Shown here piece by piece: positions 29,381-41,195 of a stretch of 64,000 bases of DNA; the stretch's first letter is position 1, and every line of letters begins with the position of its first letter. A model generated the notes under the pieces. It did no database searches. It worked only from the letters and a program-made list of their open reading frames with translations, and had not been told where the DNA came from. The position numbers and the translations under genes were made by a program. Source of the stretch: Paraphysomonas bandaiensis (taxonomy: Eukaryota > Protista > Chrysophyceae); contig CBFFRP010000358.1 of the NCBI GenBank assembly GCA_965644295.1, forward strand, positions 170,064-234,063, in the 5' to 3' direction.

Positions 29381-30155
29381 TCTACCGGTAACGGACATTA
29401 ATGGTAGCAATAAAAACAGAGAACAAGTTATTGTGGCTAATTATGACTACACGGATATGAAGTTTTAGATATAGCAGATTTCAGGAGTAATAAGTTGCAG
29501 TGAAGTTTTAAGCACTGCGAGAAGGCTTAAGTGCTATTGCCTATCCATTATCACCACTTGTACACACATGGAAAAGAACTATTCGACAATGGTGATTCTC
29601 AAACACCCGTACGTAGTCGCATCAACTAACTTAATTCATATATATATATATATTATTAGTGACTGTATTCTTCAAGTAATTGTCATTATAATTGAATACC
29701 TAAAAATACAGCATTTAATTGCCTACAAACAAGCCAAAATCAACGTATTCCTTTCCCCCTGATTTAGAATAAGAAAGCTGGAATAGAATTACAAGTTATC
29801 TCTATCACTATATATAGCAGAGACGAAGGATATAGTGTTGTTCACTTCAAAAATCATTGTGTGGTGATTAGCTAAGTATAAATAGTAAATAAGCGTTTGG
29901 CTAGAGATTAAAACACAAAAATTACCTGTAGGTGTATATATTATGCAGAGGGGTTGTTTATAAAACGAGAGGCTGATGTAGGCAAAAAATTGGAAGGAAC
30001 ATATTCCAACAAAATGTGAGCACTTTGTCGCATACATCTGTTCTGTGAAAAAGCACTGTATGTATTCATAATTTATAATTTATATATACACGATCAATAT
30101 AATTCGCTTAAAATCTATTCCTAGCAAACATCAAATTTCTAAAATCCAGACCGGT

Positions 30156-32889
30156 CTACCTTTTCAATGGCTTACTAGGAACTATTTCGGGCTCCCAGTG
30201 CGCCATTTCGTTCATTCGGTGAAGCAGGTCCTCATTTTGCTGAGTCAAGAATATTATATCCTGTGATACGCGTATCTTAGTAGAGTGTGAAGGGACTTTA
30301 CTAGCCTTACCTTTGTTGCCGAATTTAGCAGCTGTTGTAAGTCTCTGCACTTTGCTTCCATCACAGCCCTCTCTTCATTAAAACTATCCATTAGTGATTT
30401 AAACATTAAATATTTTTGCTCCTCTAACTCCTTCGCTGATTCTATTTTCGCATTTTCAATCCTTTCCCCTGACGCTTGTTCAAATCTCATCCGCTCTTCG
30501 TTGAACTGATTTTTCATAGATTCCATTTGTAGCTCTAGAGCTTCGTATTTGTCCTTCCACACACTATTGTCCTTGACTTCTTGCTGTAACGATGCAATTG
30601 TCGTCTCAGCTGCTTCATGAAGAGCTTCTGCATCCGCCAGTCTGCTTTCGAGGCGTTCAGAGTAATCTCTCATTTCCTGATTCTCTTCACCAAGAACTCG
30701 CTTCTCTTCCTCCGCATTAGTTAGTGCCTGTCGACATTCATCCCACTCTCTCTTGAGTTGTGCCATCTCATCAGCAACCTGCGCTTCAATGGTGTCCCGT
30801 ACTGCCTCCCTTTCTTTGTCCAACTTTGCACGTGCGTCATTAATCTCTTTCGCAATTTGTTCTTTAGCTTTCTGTCGTTCTTCGTCATGAATTTTTTGTC
30901 GCAGTTTGTCATTCTGATCCAGTAGACCATGGGCTACCACCAGATCTGCTTTCGCACTGTCAATACTCTCTTCAGTGTGGGATATCTTTGCGCGAATTAC
31001 TTTGAGAGCATCTTTCTTTTCCATCCACTTTGTCTTTGTGTTTTCTATATCGTTCAACAGAGCCTGCATTTCATGAGCTAAATTAGTTTTGGTTTCTTTC
31101 TTCTCAGCTTTAACTTCTTCACTGTCATCCTCAGAAGGTTTACACTCTTCGTACTTCCCTTTTAGAGAGTTATAAGCCACCATTTTCTTGTCAAGCTCAG
31201 ATTTTACTACGTCGCATTTCTCCTTCAAGCCTTTTTGAGACTTCACCAGATCTGATTTCTCAATTGTCAACAATTTAATTTTCTTCATATGATCTATTTT
31301 CTGTTCTTTGATTCCTCTCATCATAGTTGATATCACGCTATTCATATTCGCCTGTCGCTCTGCTGCCAAAGCCTGTGAAAGCCTCTCCTTTTCCTCCCAA
31401 GCATTTCGCTGTTCCTCCTCCATCTGCCTGAGCTTTTTCTCTACCTCAGGGTCTGCCGCCCCACCAGGACCGCCCCCATTCATCAGCTCTGCCTTGAGCT
31501 TCTCGATCTGTTCTTTTAGTTCTCGGATCATTCGCTCATTGACATCCTCATTCCTACTAACTACGTTCTCTATACTCTTCGCGCGGTTTGCATATTTGAG
31601 GGTACCTAAAGTCTCATCGTAATTGTAGTCAGCAGGAGATATCGCAGCAATCATCACGGTTGCAGCATTTCCACCAAGAGATTCCTATGGGAGAAAAAAC
31701 TGAAATTAGTAATTACAGGTGAAGGGTCAGAGCTACTCTCCACCTGCAACAACCTCGTCAGCTGGGAGTCCCTATAGGGTATGTGCCCCTTGGAACCACC
31801 GGCAGCCAGAGTGTTTATCACTGTACCCAGCGTCATCAAAGACAAGTTTATCTTTGCCCCTTCTTTAAGAGTCGCCCCTGATGCACCGGTCTTTGATGCT
31901 CGCTCCGACCCAGCGAGATCCACTAGATTCAGTTTGGCTTTCACAACTTGTTCGCGGGTGACTCCACCTGAGAGCTCAGTAATCAGTTTTTGTTCTATCT
32001 TAACCGTGAAACAGGAGTGAGATCTGAAAAGGATTATAAGAAAAGTAGTAAAACACTGACAGTTCCACCTGCTGGACTGGTCATTCATATTAGTTGCAGC
32101 TACTCGACGCACGGTGTTTCCTTGCTCAATGAGACGCATTATGTCTGAAGAGTCCTTAACAATCTGGGCATCTACAATCAACCCCAGCAGAAAAAATAGA
32201 TGCTGAGACTCACCAACTCGCAGAGGTCTTTCACATATATTCCAGTCTTGGGGCTTTCGTGTATCTTAAGCACCTTGTCCGAGGGGTTCAAAAGATCCTG
32301 TATTGTATTAAGAATAATGATATCGGCATATGTCCGACTGACCTTAATGGTCTCGTTGTAAATTTCCAAGTAAGATACCTATTACATTTTATAATCAACT
32401 ACTGAGTACACGAAAAATGAAAATATGGCACCGTTATCATGCACTTAGTGTCCTCTTTCTCTGTGCCCCTGTACCCTGCCAGCCTTTCGTCAACAGTATG
32501 GAAAAGATCAGCACTAATCCTAGGAATCAAGCCCACAGCTTCGTCGTTGCCCATCATGGTATGAGTCTTACCTGTACACATGCAATGGTGAAAACAATTA
32601 GACACATTACGACTCATTTACCACTGCCGGTTTGCCCATATGCAAATATGGTTCCGTTATAACCCTCCAAACCCTGCGACACTATGCCTTTACCTAGATC
32701 ATGATACACCTGCTCCTGTGTTGATTCCGTGAAGTAACAATGATCGTAGGTAAACGTCTTGGGCTCTCCGCTCTCATGTGAGACTGTCACTGTCTTATCA
32801 GATATGCGCACCACACTCTGACAGCCTCTCGCTATCTCTTTGCCGCTGAGGGGGCGACATCTCACGGCCACTTTAATATTCACATCCAT
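30156..32889 (-). CDS. Kinesin motor protein (N-terminal motor plus long coiled coil), short introns
   Basis: [20 protein letters not shown]|KTHTM, YLEIYNE, NDQSSR|[47 protein letters not shown], then ~400 aa of E/K-rich coiled coil; last exon ends ..KPLKR*. Confidence 0.95.
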
Positions 32890-33400
32890 TAGAAATAATC
32901 TTCTGAGTCTCAGCGACGGCTGTCGAGTGACGGGGACAAACTCAAGAGATCCACAGACACTTATGTACCGCTACACACCGACCCCTCTCTTCAGACCATT
33001 GCAAGCATGACTGCGATACGAAAGATAGTGCGATGGGAAAGATTCGATGCGAAGGATTGTGTATTATCGTGTCGTGATATGCAGCTGACGACAGCAAGCG
33101 GGCTGCTCTGCTCTGCTATGCAGACACTGAGACTGCATTACGTTATACTCCAACAGCCTACAGCAGTAGTTTCACTATACATGTATATGTATGCTATGAC
33201 TGCTGCAGATTGTCGTACAGTAGTGTGATGCAGTGTATTTCCTGCATGTGTGTACTTTCACAGCTACGATTGTCGTATTGTACACATACATTTACATATC
33301 CATATTTTACGTATTCCGTACTCCCCTACGTACTGTTGTGCATTTTGACACAAAGCACGGACAGTATATACAGCAGTGTATACCGTGTGCTCTATATCTA

Positions 33401-33578
33401 GGAGACGTTTTTTGACAAACTCCACTTGTCGGACTGTATTTGGTCCCACTCGAAATAAAAAAATTGTACTCATTTTGACTACAATTTCAAAGCTCTACAC
33501 TCATATTCCATACGAAAAAACACAATACAAAAAAATAAAGTGGGACCAGACTGGTCCGCTCTGTCGAAAAAAGTCTCC
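33401..33578. mobile_element. MITE with bipartite terminal inverted repeats
   Basis: Left CTAGGAGACGTTTTTTGACA..TGGTCCCACT versus right AGTGGGACCA..TGTCGAAAAAAGTCTCCTAG; flanks fit a TA or CTAG target duplication. Confidence 0.7.
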
Positions 33579-34011
33579 TAGGCAGATATCAGATATCTAT
33601 CTGTATGTGTATCTGTCTATGCACGTACTGCTGCATATCTGAGCATCGGAAATCTAACTATGCCGTTGCCAGTTACAGTCAATCGTAGTTCGATGGTCAT
33701 TGAAGGGTAATGGTTACTTGTACCTGCCCTTGTGAAACCTCAACTGTCTATGGTAGCTGCTCGAAGCAGTGTATGCAGTGGAGTGTCTTGCGCGAGCTCC
33801 TAATCGCAGTGCTCTATTCTGATGCAGGGCTCGTGATTGTGAAGACATGCTGCTCTTGCCATCTGCTTTCGTCTGTCGTCTACTTCCTCCACAGAAATGT
33901 TTCATACTTCTGAACTGTTGCAAGGGCGTCGTAGAGGAGAAGGTGAAGACTCACAACCTCACGAAATGTGGACACTACTATATCACTCTTAGCCGCATAA
34001 ACGAGGATGTT

Positions 34012-34142
34012 CAAGACTGGGGAAGGGAACTATATATTGCAATAGCACTATAAGCCATCTTCCGGCAATGTTATTGCAATGCTTTTTCTAACCGGTCCAA
34101 CAATAACTTTGAAATATGTTGCAGTATATTATTCATCACCTG
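34012..34142. mobile_element. Degenerate copy of the CAGG-terminus short element
   Basis: TTATTGCAAT..CCGGTCCAACAATA matches 28335-28370 (TTATTGCAAT..CCAGTCCAACAATA); ends CACCTG. Confidence 0.4.
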
Positions 34143-35059
34143 CTATGTACATGCGTATATCCATTGTTAGTTTTAAACATTGAGATAAAATGAGCACCAA
34201 ACCCACTGCGCTGCCAAACAATGACTATTTACTGCCATTTTATAAAATATATCCAGACTGTATTATAATGAGTGACTTCTCACTTACCATACCAGTGTTT
34301 GCGTTCATATCAATGCAATGATGAAATCCATAACTCATAATTAATATATATATTAAGTGAAAAACTTTGTTGTGACTAGCAGTAGATGCTAATATGTCAG
34401 TCATGAAATGTCAAGGTGCGTGGAGGTTGGTGGAGGGAGTGAGATTGGGCGGTAGGGGGCAGATGTAGGAAGGTTGTGCAGATGACCTTGTGAACAGCAA
34501 TCTGCGTACCTGACGGAGGAGATACGGTTTGCCCTTTCTTGCGCTTCACTCATAGTAGAGGCTATTATGGTGAGGTCGCCAGCAGAGGCGAGTTGTCTGT
34601 GTCGTCCGGGCCGGGGGTGACACTGTGGGAGGTGGCGTCTGTCCTCAGTCCTCATCCACCTTGTCAGAGTAGATGTTATCCTCAGTCCTCAGGAGTTGCC
34701 GGGTAGGGAGCATGATGGCGTTTATAATATGCTCAGGAGAAGGTGATGTGCAAGTAGTCTCTACGTCTAAATCTAACCGAGAGACGGGGATGTCGTAGAG
34801 GGTAGAGGGTTACCCATGCGCATATAGACTCTGTGCCGTGTTGCGTGACGCCTCTGGCCGCTTCGTAGCCCAGATTGATATTATTAGTGAAGTGTCTGTC
34901 TTGTTCGAGAATACTACTTAGTAGTATGGGTTCAATATTATTCACCACAATGGGAGTTCACGAAAAGGGTAGCCCCCCGGCGTACAAGATTTCCAAACCA
35001 GTTAACGACAGCAAACCAAGCAAGTCAGCAGATGTCAGGTATATCAACATTCTGCTTGA

Positions 35060-35465
35060 TCTCTGCGGTTGCATTTGTTAGTAGGATATCAGAGTTAATC
35101 ATTGACTCTTACACGCCTATTGCTAATAATAAGATAGTAAGACATTCGCTACTGTGCATGGTAGCGAGTCCTGTTGAGTTTTGCTGTTTCGTTTGTATGA
35201 ATTCTCTCTGATGACGTCCACAGATGACTTCTGACCTTCTCCTAGACATCTCTTTCTATGCTTCTCATAAATAACGCCACACAAAGATTTCGTAAATATG
35301 TCTGCAGTCTGATTATCAGTTCCAACGTGATACAATATCGCAGTGTTAAAACGTCCTTCTGGATCTACATGTTCACGCCCCCAGTGGTATTTGATTTCAA
35401 TGTGTTTTGATCTTTTGTGGAACACTGGATTTAATGCTAGATCACGAGCACTCTGGCTATCAGGA
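35060..35465 (-). mobile_element. Copia RNase H fragment plus 3' region
   Basis: DSQSARDLALNPVFHKRSKHIEIKYHWGREHVDPE..NQTADIFTKSL, homologous to the 2071-2472 ORF. Confidence 0.9.
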
Positions 35466-35604
35466 AGAATGGAGTGGGTTCGTACAATCGAAGTCCCTGT
35501 TCGATCAACACCCCCCGAAGCCACACCAGTTCCTGCATGCCAGCAGACATAGCTTGATACTTACACACTGAAGCAAATCAAGGCATGTTGTGAATAAATA
35601 TGCA

Positions 35605-36051
35605 AAGTACAGCTGATGAGGTTTTGGTGGTTGCGTATCCGTCAGTTATGTCTCGTGATGTTGTGAAGATTCAATGTACAGCTGATGAGGTTTTTGATGG
35701 TTGCGTATCTGTCAGTTATGTCTTGTGATGTAAGGATTCAATCTGCAGCGTATCCGTCAGTTATGTCTCGTGATATGAAGAGTCTATCTACAGCTTTGAA
35801 TTGAGAGGGAGTGTTGAAATTTGCTGTTTGAGCAATTAAAAGCTGTAATTCTAAGGTGTTGGAATTATGACCGTTAGTCGAAGAATACAGTAGTGATGAG
35901 CTGTATTATGAGAAGTGATATCATGACGATGTAAGATCGTACTAGAAATGAGTGGTAGTAGAGATAACGTGATATATTGCTTATTATATTTATTATAATC
36001 TTCTCTTATCTTAACTTGATTAATGAGTGAATACACGTCCAGTTAACTTAA
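35605..36051 (+). mobile_element. Copia 3' UTR with short tandem duplications, PPT and start of an LTR (35812), cut off by the TIR element
   Basis: Repeated GCGTATC(C/T)GTCAGTTATGTCT x3; GGTGGTTGCGTATCCG as at ~2546; PPT GAGAGGGAG then TGTTGAAATTTGCTGTTTGAGCAATTAAAAGCTG, which matches LTR ends at 40727(-) and 47601(-) and a decayed copy at ~39292. Confidence 0.75.
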
Positions 36052-36277
36052 AGTCGAGGTAATACCAAAACCTGGGTTTTGATGTAAAACCTGGTGAAAT
36101 TTTTGATGATGGTTGGAAAAGGGTATAACTATGCACAATAAGTAACTATGAAGATAATAACAGTATGAAAAGTATTATTTATAATATTTTTTACTAATTT
36201 CTTCCATATTACTTCAGTTTTACAGCAATAAAAGTCACCGACTACACATATATATTACATACAGTTCACAAGTATGA

Positions 36278-36640
36278 ACTATAACCATCTCACTATACAC
36301 CACTTTACCATCTCACTAAACATCACTATACCATCTCAGAATACACCCACATACCATCTCACTATACACCCATATACCATCTCACACCCATATACCATCT
36401 CACTATACACCCATACCATATTACTATGCATCACTATACCATCCCACTATATTATACCACTATACCATCTACTGTATACCACTATACCACCTAACTATAC
36501 ATCACTACACTATCTCACTATACACCCATATACCATCTCACACCCATATACCATCTCACTATACACCCATACCATATTACTATGCATCACTATACCATCC
36601 CACTATATTATACCACTATACCATCACTATCACTATATTA
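36278..36640. repeat. C/A/T-only minisatellite (CACTATACCATCT / CACTATACACCCATATACCATCT units)
   Basis: Almost G-free degenerate repeats with a ~165-bp higher-order duplication; second array at ~41422-41808. Confidence 0.9.
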
Positions 36641-36641
36641 T

Positions 36642-37190
36642 ATTCGGACGCCACATATCCAGCTCACTGCTCGAACATCAGTTCCACGTTCTCGAAAAAT
36701 CCGTAACCTCTATCCTCCTTCCCCTATATGGTGGAGGGCTCCGCATGCTTCGAAACAGAGGTCTCAGACATCACAACACAGACACGGCATCAGTAACACC
36801 GATTACGACCCCACCACACTCACAGCAACGCCCGTCGCAGGATACTCACCCGACACCAAAAATACTCCAACTACTCCTAGCGACATCCACCCCAAGAATT
36901 CTATCCGCTGCAAGAGTCCGAACCCGACAGAGACAAGCACCACCACTCCGGAAACAACTCCTCCTTACTTGTGGTCGAAATCCCAACTCGACAACCAGCA
37001 CCATCTACACCACCGACTTACACTCTCATATACATCTAGCCCCAACCATCCCCCGTAAAACTCACGATACAGGCCCGGCAGACACACTGCCCAAAGGCAG
37101 ACCCCCCGATTAACCTCACTGCAAGGGACGGTTGAACCATGGTGCTCGCAGCGATGCACAAGCAGTCCCGAGACGGTAGCTGATACCACT
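36642..37190 (+). mobile_element. 3' end fragment of a non-LTR (LINE-like) retrotransposon
   Basis: Continues the CCHC-bearing reading frame seen at 41810-42181 (shared 36642-36744 = 42079-42181); ORF ends KGRPPD* at 37113, followed by a short structured 3' UTR. Confidence 0.65.
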
Positions 37191-37201
37191 CTCAGACGAC
37201 A

Positions 37202-37820
37202 TGGCGACATATCCAACGACGACCCGGAGGCGGAGGAAGAGATACCACGAAAGTGCACGAGCAGGGTAAGTAATACTGTTCATAAAGATGGTGACGGGGC
37301 CGTATGTCGTATATATGCGGTATTGTTCTGATTATTGTTGTGCGTTGTTACTATACACTGCACTAACTGTGTATATATGATGGTGTAGGAGAAGTGCAAC
37401 GGGAAGAAGAATGTTGTCAACATTCGTGGCGACATATCCAACGACGACCCGGAGGCGGAGGAAGAGATACCACGAAAGCGCACGAGCAGGGTAAGTAATA
37501 CTGTTCATAAAGATGGTGACGGGGTCGTATGTCGTATATATGCGGTATTGTTCTGATTATTGTTGTGCGTTGTTACTATACACTGCACTAACTGTGTATA
37601 TATGATGGTGTAGGAGAAGTGCAACGGGAAGAAGAATGTTGTCAACATTCGTGGCGACATATCCAACGACGACCCGGAGGCGGAGGTAGAGTTACCACGA
37701 AAGCGCACGAGCAGGGTAAGTAATACTGTTCATAAAGATGGTGACGGGGTCGTATGTCGTATATATGCGGTATTGTTCTGATTATTGTTGTGCGTTGTTA
37801 CTATACACTGTACTAACTGC
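37202..37820 (+). repeat. 225-bp tandem repeat (~2.7 units); each unit is a 102-nt exon-like segment plus a 123-nt GT-AG intron-like segment
   Basis: TAG|GAGAAG..AGCAGG|GTAAGT (exon 37389-37490), intron 37491-37613 with CACTAAC branch point; same array at 42182-42770. Confidence 0.85.
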
Positions 37821-39291
37821 TTATGATCCTTCACCTGCTTATGATCCTCCACCTACTAGCAATGTGCCCCCAGCGGCTGTTGCCGCGTCGTTTCCGAGCA
37901 TAGGTACTAATACTACTGTAAGTAGTAGTGGTAAAGATAGCTATATGCGTATGCAATGTATCCGAAATCAGGCTATTCGGTTGGAGCGTTTGCAGTCTCA
38001 AGCGAAGCAGATGTAGCTATATGAGAATATGATATTACAAAACACAAGTAATAATAGCAGGGCCAACTTGTAACGCAATAAATACTGCTAATAACAACTA
38101 TACTTGCGACTTTTTCTTTACCTTTAACCTCTCAGATACAAATTACAGTAAAATAATAACTCAATACTTAGATATGAAACCTGGTGAAATTGCTTTACCA
38201 GTGTTTTTAGTTTGAATGTATAAAAGGAATATGGCTGAGTGTGCTTGGCTTGTATGGCCTCAGAAGAATTTGTGCCCGTTGTTGATGCAAACCTTGCACG
38301 GAATCTGCTGGATAATTTACAGCAACAGCATCTTCTAGAGGTACGAAAATGCTTGTGCTTACGTCGGTGATATGTAGTAGTTGAACTGGGATTCCAGTTG
38401 CATTATTATCTTTTAATATCAATGTATGCCATAGACATGTCTTAATGATAAACTCCTACAAGATACCAGTGATAGTGATCTGACCACTACAATTGCTGCT
38501 TGTTATGACCACTCGCCGTATTTGAATAAAAAAGAGATAAACGATATCATTGAACTCCTATAGGTACAACAGTGTTTAAAATTTCCCACGCTGTGCAGAG
38601 TATAATGTATGCTTGTAGTACTAGAAAGTGGAATGTATATACGAGAATAACAATAAGAGTACACTTTGAATTTTGTCAGGCAGAGTTGAAAACCTCTGAA
38701 GTCTAATTATGATTAAATATATAGCCCTGTCAGTGAGGGAAGATAGGATGACCATCTTAAATATAGCGCTTGTCAAGAATGCCGGATTATATATAGCCGT
38801 CCGTTTAGTTTGCCATGAGTATAAAATTATTAATAGTGGAGAAAACAGTACAATATGCCTAGTATGCCTGTTTCCCGGTACTGCAGTACATGTTCTTAGT
38901 CGTGGTGGTGTGCATGCAGTAGTTTGTAGTTTACAATCTCCTTTTCCAATTTCGTAGTTGCAATGTTGAATTCTGCTGGTTGATGTGTTGGTATGGTGTA
39001 TGGTATATATTGTGCAGTTTTCAATGAGAACAGATGTTACATGAATATGCTGTGAAGTCTATGTCCAATTCTAGCATCAGAAGACGAAGGAGGACAGTGA
39101 GATGTTGAAGATTGACAAGTATCAGGCGGAGATCTTAGCTAAGAAGGTCAAAATTTATATGAAGAATGGAAACTACCTGGGCTAGTACCGAAGCCTGCTG
39201 GATGAGGTAGAGCTCGAGTGTTGTGGGATGAAGAAAAGTGTTGAGGAGCTTCAAACACTGGTGGATAGGTTTCGGGGTGAGTTGGGAATTA

Positions 39292-39420
39292 TGAGTTTTG
39301 CTTATTTTTAAGCAATTAAAAATAGCATTTAAAGTTTTAAATTATATCCGTTAGTCGAAGAATATAGTAGTTGAAAACAATATTATATGTGAAAACAATA
39401 TTATATGAGCTGCATGCAAT
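39292..39420 (+). repeat. Decayed LTR fragment (35812/47601 family)
   Basis: AGCAATTAAAA..CCGTTAGTCGAAGAATA(T/C)AGTAGT shared with 35830-35895. Confidence 0.55.
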
Positions 39421-40399
39421 GATATGAATTAGTTTTTAGTGAAACGGAAATAATATATTGAATGAAAAGATCTTGTCTATCTAAGATCATTAAATCTTGA
39501 TTGGTAGAAGTGACAATGACTCTATCATAAACCACAATGAGTAATGAGAGAGAAATATCAAAATTTTAATCAATGAGAGAGTCGTGTATATTACAAGTTC
39601 AGTTTATTACTTTTAGTGCAAAAAGTGGCGATACTAAATTAGTAAATCGAATAACTACTATTACTACTACTCACTCTCGCTTAAAGGTAAGGGCATGCTC
39701 TGATACGTTGATTCTGCGGAAGAGCTATTAGCCAGTGACTTAGTAGCCAAAATAATCGAAAGTTTTATGGGTGAAATACAGTATTAATTATTAATTGGTG
39801 GAACTCAGCGAACAATTTACAAACTTCAAAATTTGAGAGTTTTGATGTGTGGAGATATTGACCGTCTAAACGGTATACTCTAAGAATAATCGAATTAGAA
39901 GAACTCCCTACCGATGGAGTAAAAATTTACACTACAAATGGCACAGGAATCACGATTGGATTTAAAGCAACTGTACACTAATCGCTATTTAAAATATAAC
40001 CCTTCTTACAATATGAGATGCCTCAACAAAGTTGGACTCGCACCTTTTTTTGGTGTTCTGGGGGATAAGTACCGGGTATACTTCTCCGGGAAACTGACGT
40101 GAGCCGCATATATAGTCAGCAAATATAGTTCTGTCCACTCATAGCCAAAATGCTTGTGTGTGGTACAAAGGACACTAAGAAGTGTCACTTGTGTAGACAT
40201 CTTTCGACTGAACCCACCTCCGGGGTATTGGGCTGCTTGCTGTAGTCAAGCATCCGGGAATGGGCCCACCTCAAGGGCATCCTGGATATTGTGCTACCTG
40301 CTGAAGTCGAGTTCGGCTAGTTCACCTTAAGGACAGAGAGTGAAAGTAGTTTCACCTTGGTACTTGCGGTGACGCACACGAAGCATTCGTAGCGCTAAA

Positions 40400-40727
40400 T
40401 TGTAGGATATCAGAGGTAAGCAATATATATATATGCTAAAGTAGTTCTTACTCTTAAACGCCTATTGCTAATAATCAGACATTCACTACTTACAATGAGA
40501 TGGTAACTGCTAGAAAATGACATATCTGAACAATAATGCTTCTACTCTATGCTTAGATTATAACTTAGAAACATATAGTAACAGATAATCAATATCACTT
40601 GTCATTCACTGTCAATCGCCAAATTCTCGTAATACAGTTCATCACTTCTGTATTCTTCCATTACCAGTTATGATTCAAGTACTGTTGAACTATAGCTTTT
40701 AATTGCTCTCAACTAGCAAACTCAACA
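40400..40727 (-). mobile_element. Copia-derived fragment: LTR start at 40727 and family 3'-region motif at ~40452
   Basis: Reverse complement TGTTGAGTTTGCTAGTTGAGAGCAATTAAAAGCTATAGTTC; GTAGGATATCAGAG and CTCTTAAACGCCTATTGCTAATAAT shared with 35080-35130. Confidence 0.55.
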
Positions 40728-40871
40728 GTAATTATTACCCGACAACGGGTAAGTCTAAAGAACCACACAATATATCTATATAGGAAAGTCTAATTATTAC
40801 ATGAGAACGGTTGTGTACAGAAACTAGTTTATATCTATAGATTAACTACAGTAATAACTAGATTTGCTAAA

Positions 40872-41190
40872 TACTACTAGTGGCGGGCAACCGTCTCGGG
40901 ACTGCTTGTGCATCGCTGCGAGCACCATGGTGCAACCGTCCCTTGTATTGAGGTTAGTCGGGGGGGGGTCTACCTTTGGGCAATGTGTCTGGCTGGCCTG
41001 TGCCATGGGTTATGTGAGGGGTGGATGAGGCGAGATGTATATGAGAGTGTAAGTCGGTGGTGGAGATGGTGCTGGTTGTTGAGGTGGGGTTTCGGCCACA
41101 AGTAAGGAGGAGTTGTTTCCGGAGTGGTTGCGCTTGCCTCTGTCGGGTCTGGACTCTTGCAGAGAGTGTAGTTCTTGGGGTGGATGTCGC
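40872..41190 (-). mobile_element. Inverted, diverged copy of the LINE-like 3' end
   Basis: Reverse complement aligns with 36880-37176 (..KQLLLTCGRNP..KGRPPPD* plus 3' UTR); ends CCAC-TAGTAGTA, a possible (TAG)n tail. Confidence 0.75.
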
Positions 41191-41195
41191 CTGGA

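Larger units (their letters stand above)
36052..38201 (+). mobile_element. Composite non-autonomous TIR element, copy A (right TIR truncated)
   Basis: TTAA|AGTCGAGGTAATACCAAAACCTGG start; arms near-identical to 41196-43172; diverges after ..GCTTTACCAG. Confidence 0.8.

Noticed and set aside
3986-32020. Numerous antisense ORFs overlapping MON2, acnB and kinesin exons
   Set aside because: Shadow frames of real coding exons, with no independent motifs.
34401-34950. GC-richer minus-strand ORFs, possibly copia integrase-RT linker
   Set aside because: No diagnostic motif; similarity to 400-800 is too weak to call.
36274-37113. 279-aa His/Tyr/Thr/Ile-rich ORF as a real gene
   Set aside because: Its first half is translated minisatellite that happens to lack stops in this frame; the second half is the LINE fragment.
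37202-37820. 225-bp array as a CRISPR-like repeat/spacer locus
   Set aside because: Whole units are near-identical with no unique spacers; eukaryotic context with no cas genes.
37860-38016. QCIRNQAIRLERLQSQAKQM resembling the tail of Ginger2/KRBA2-type integrases
   Set aside because: Too short, no integrase core nearby, and the element ends are not TGT..ACA.
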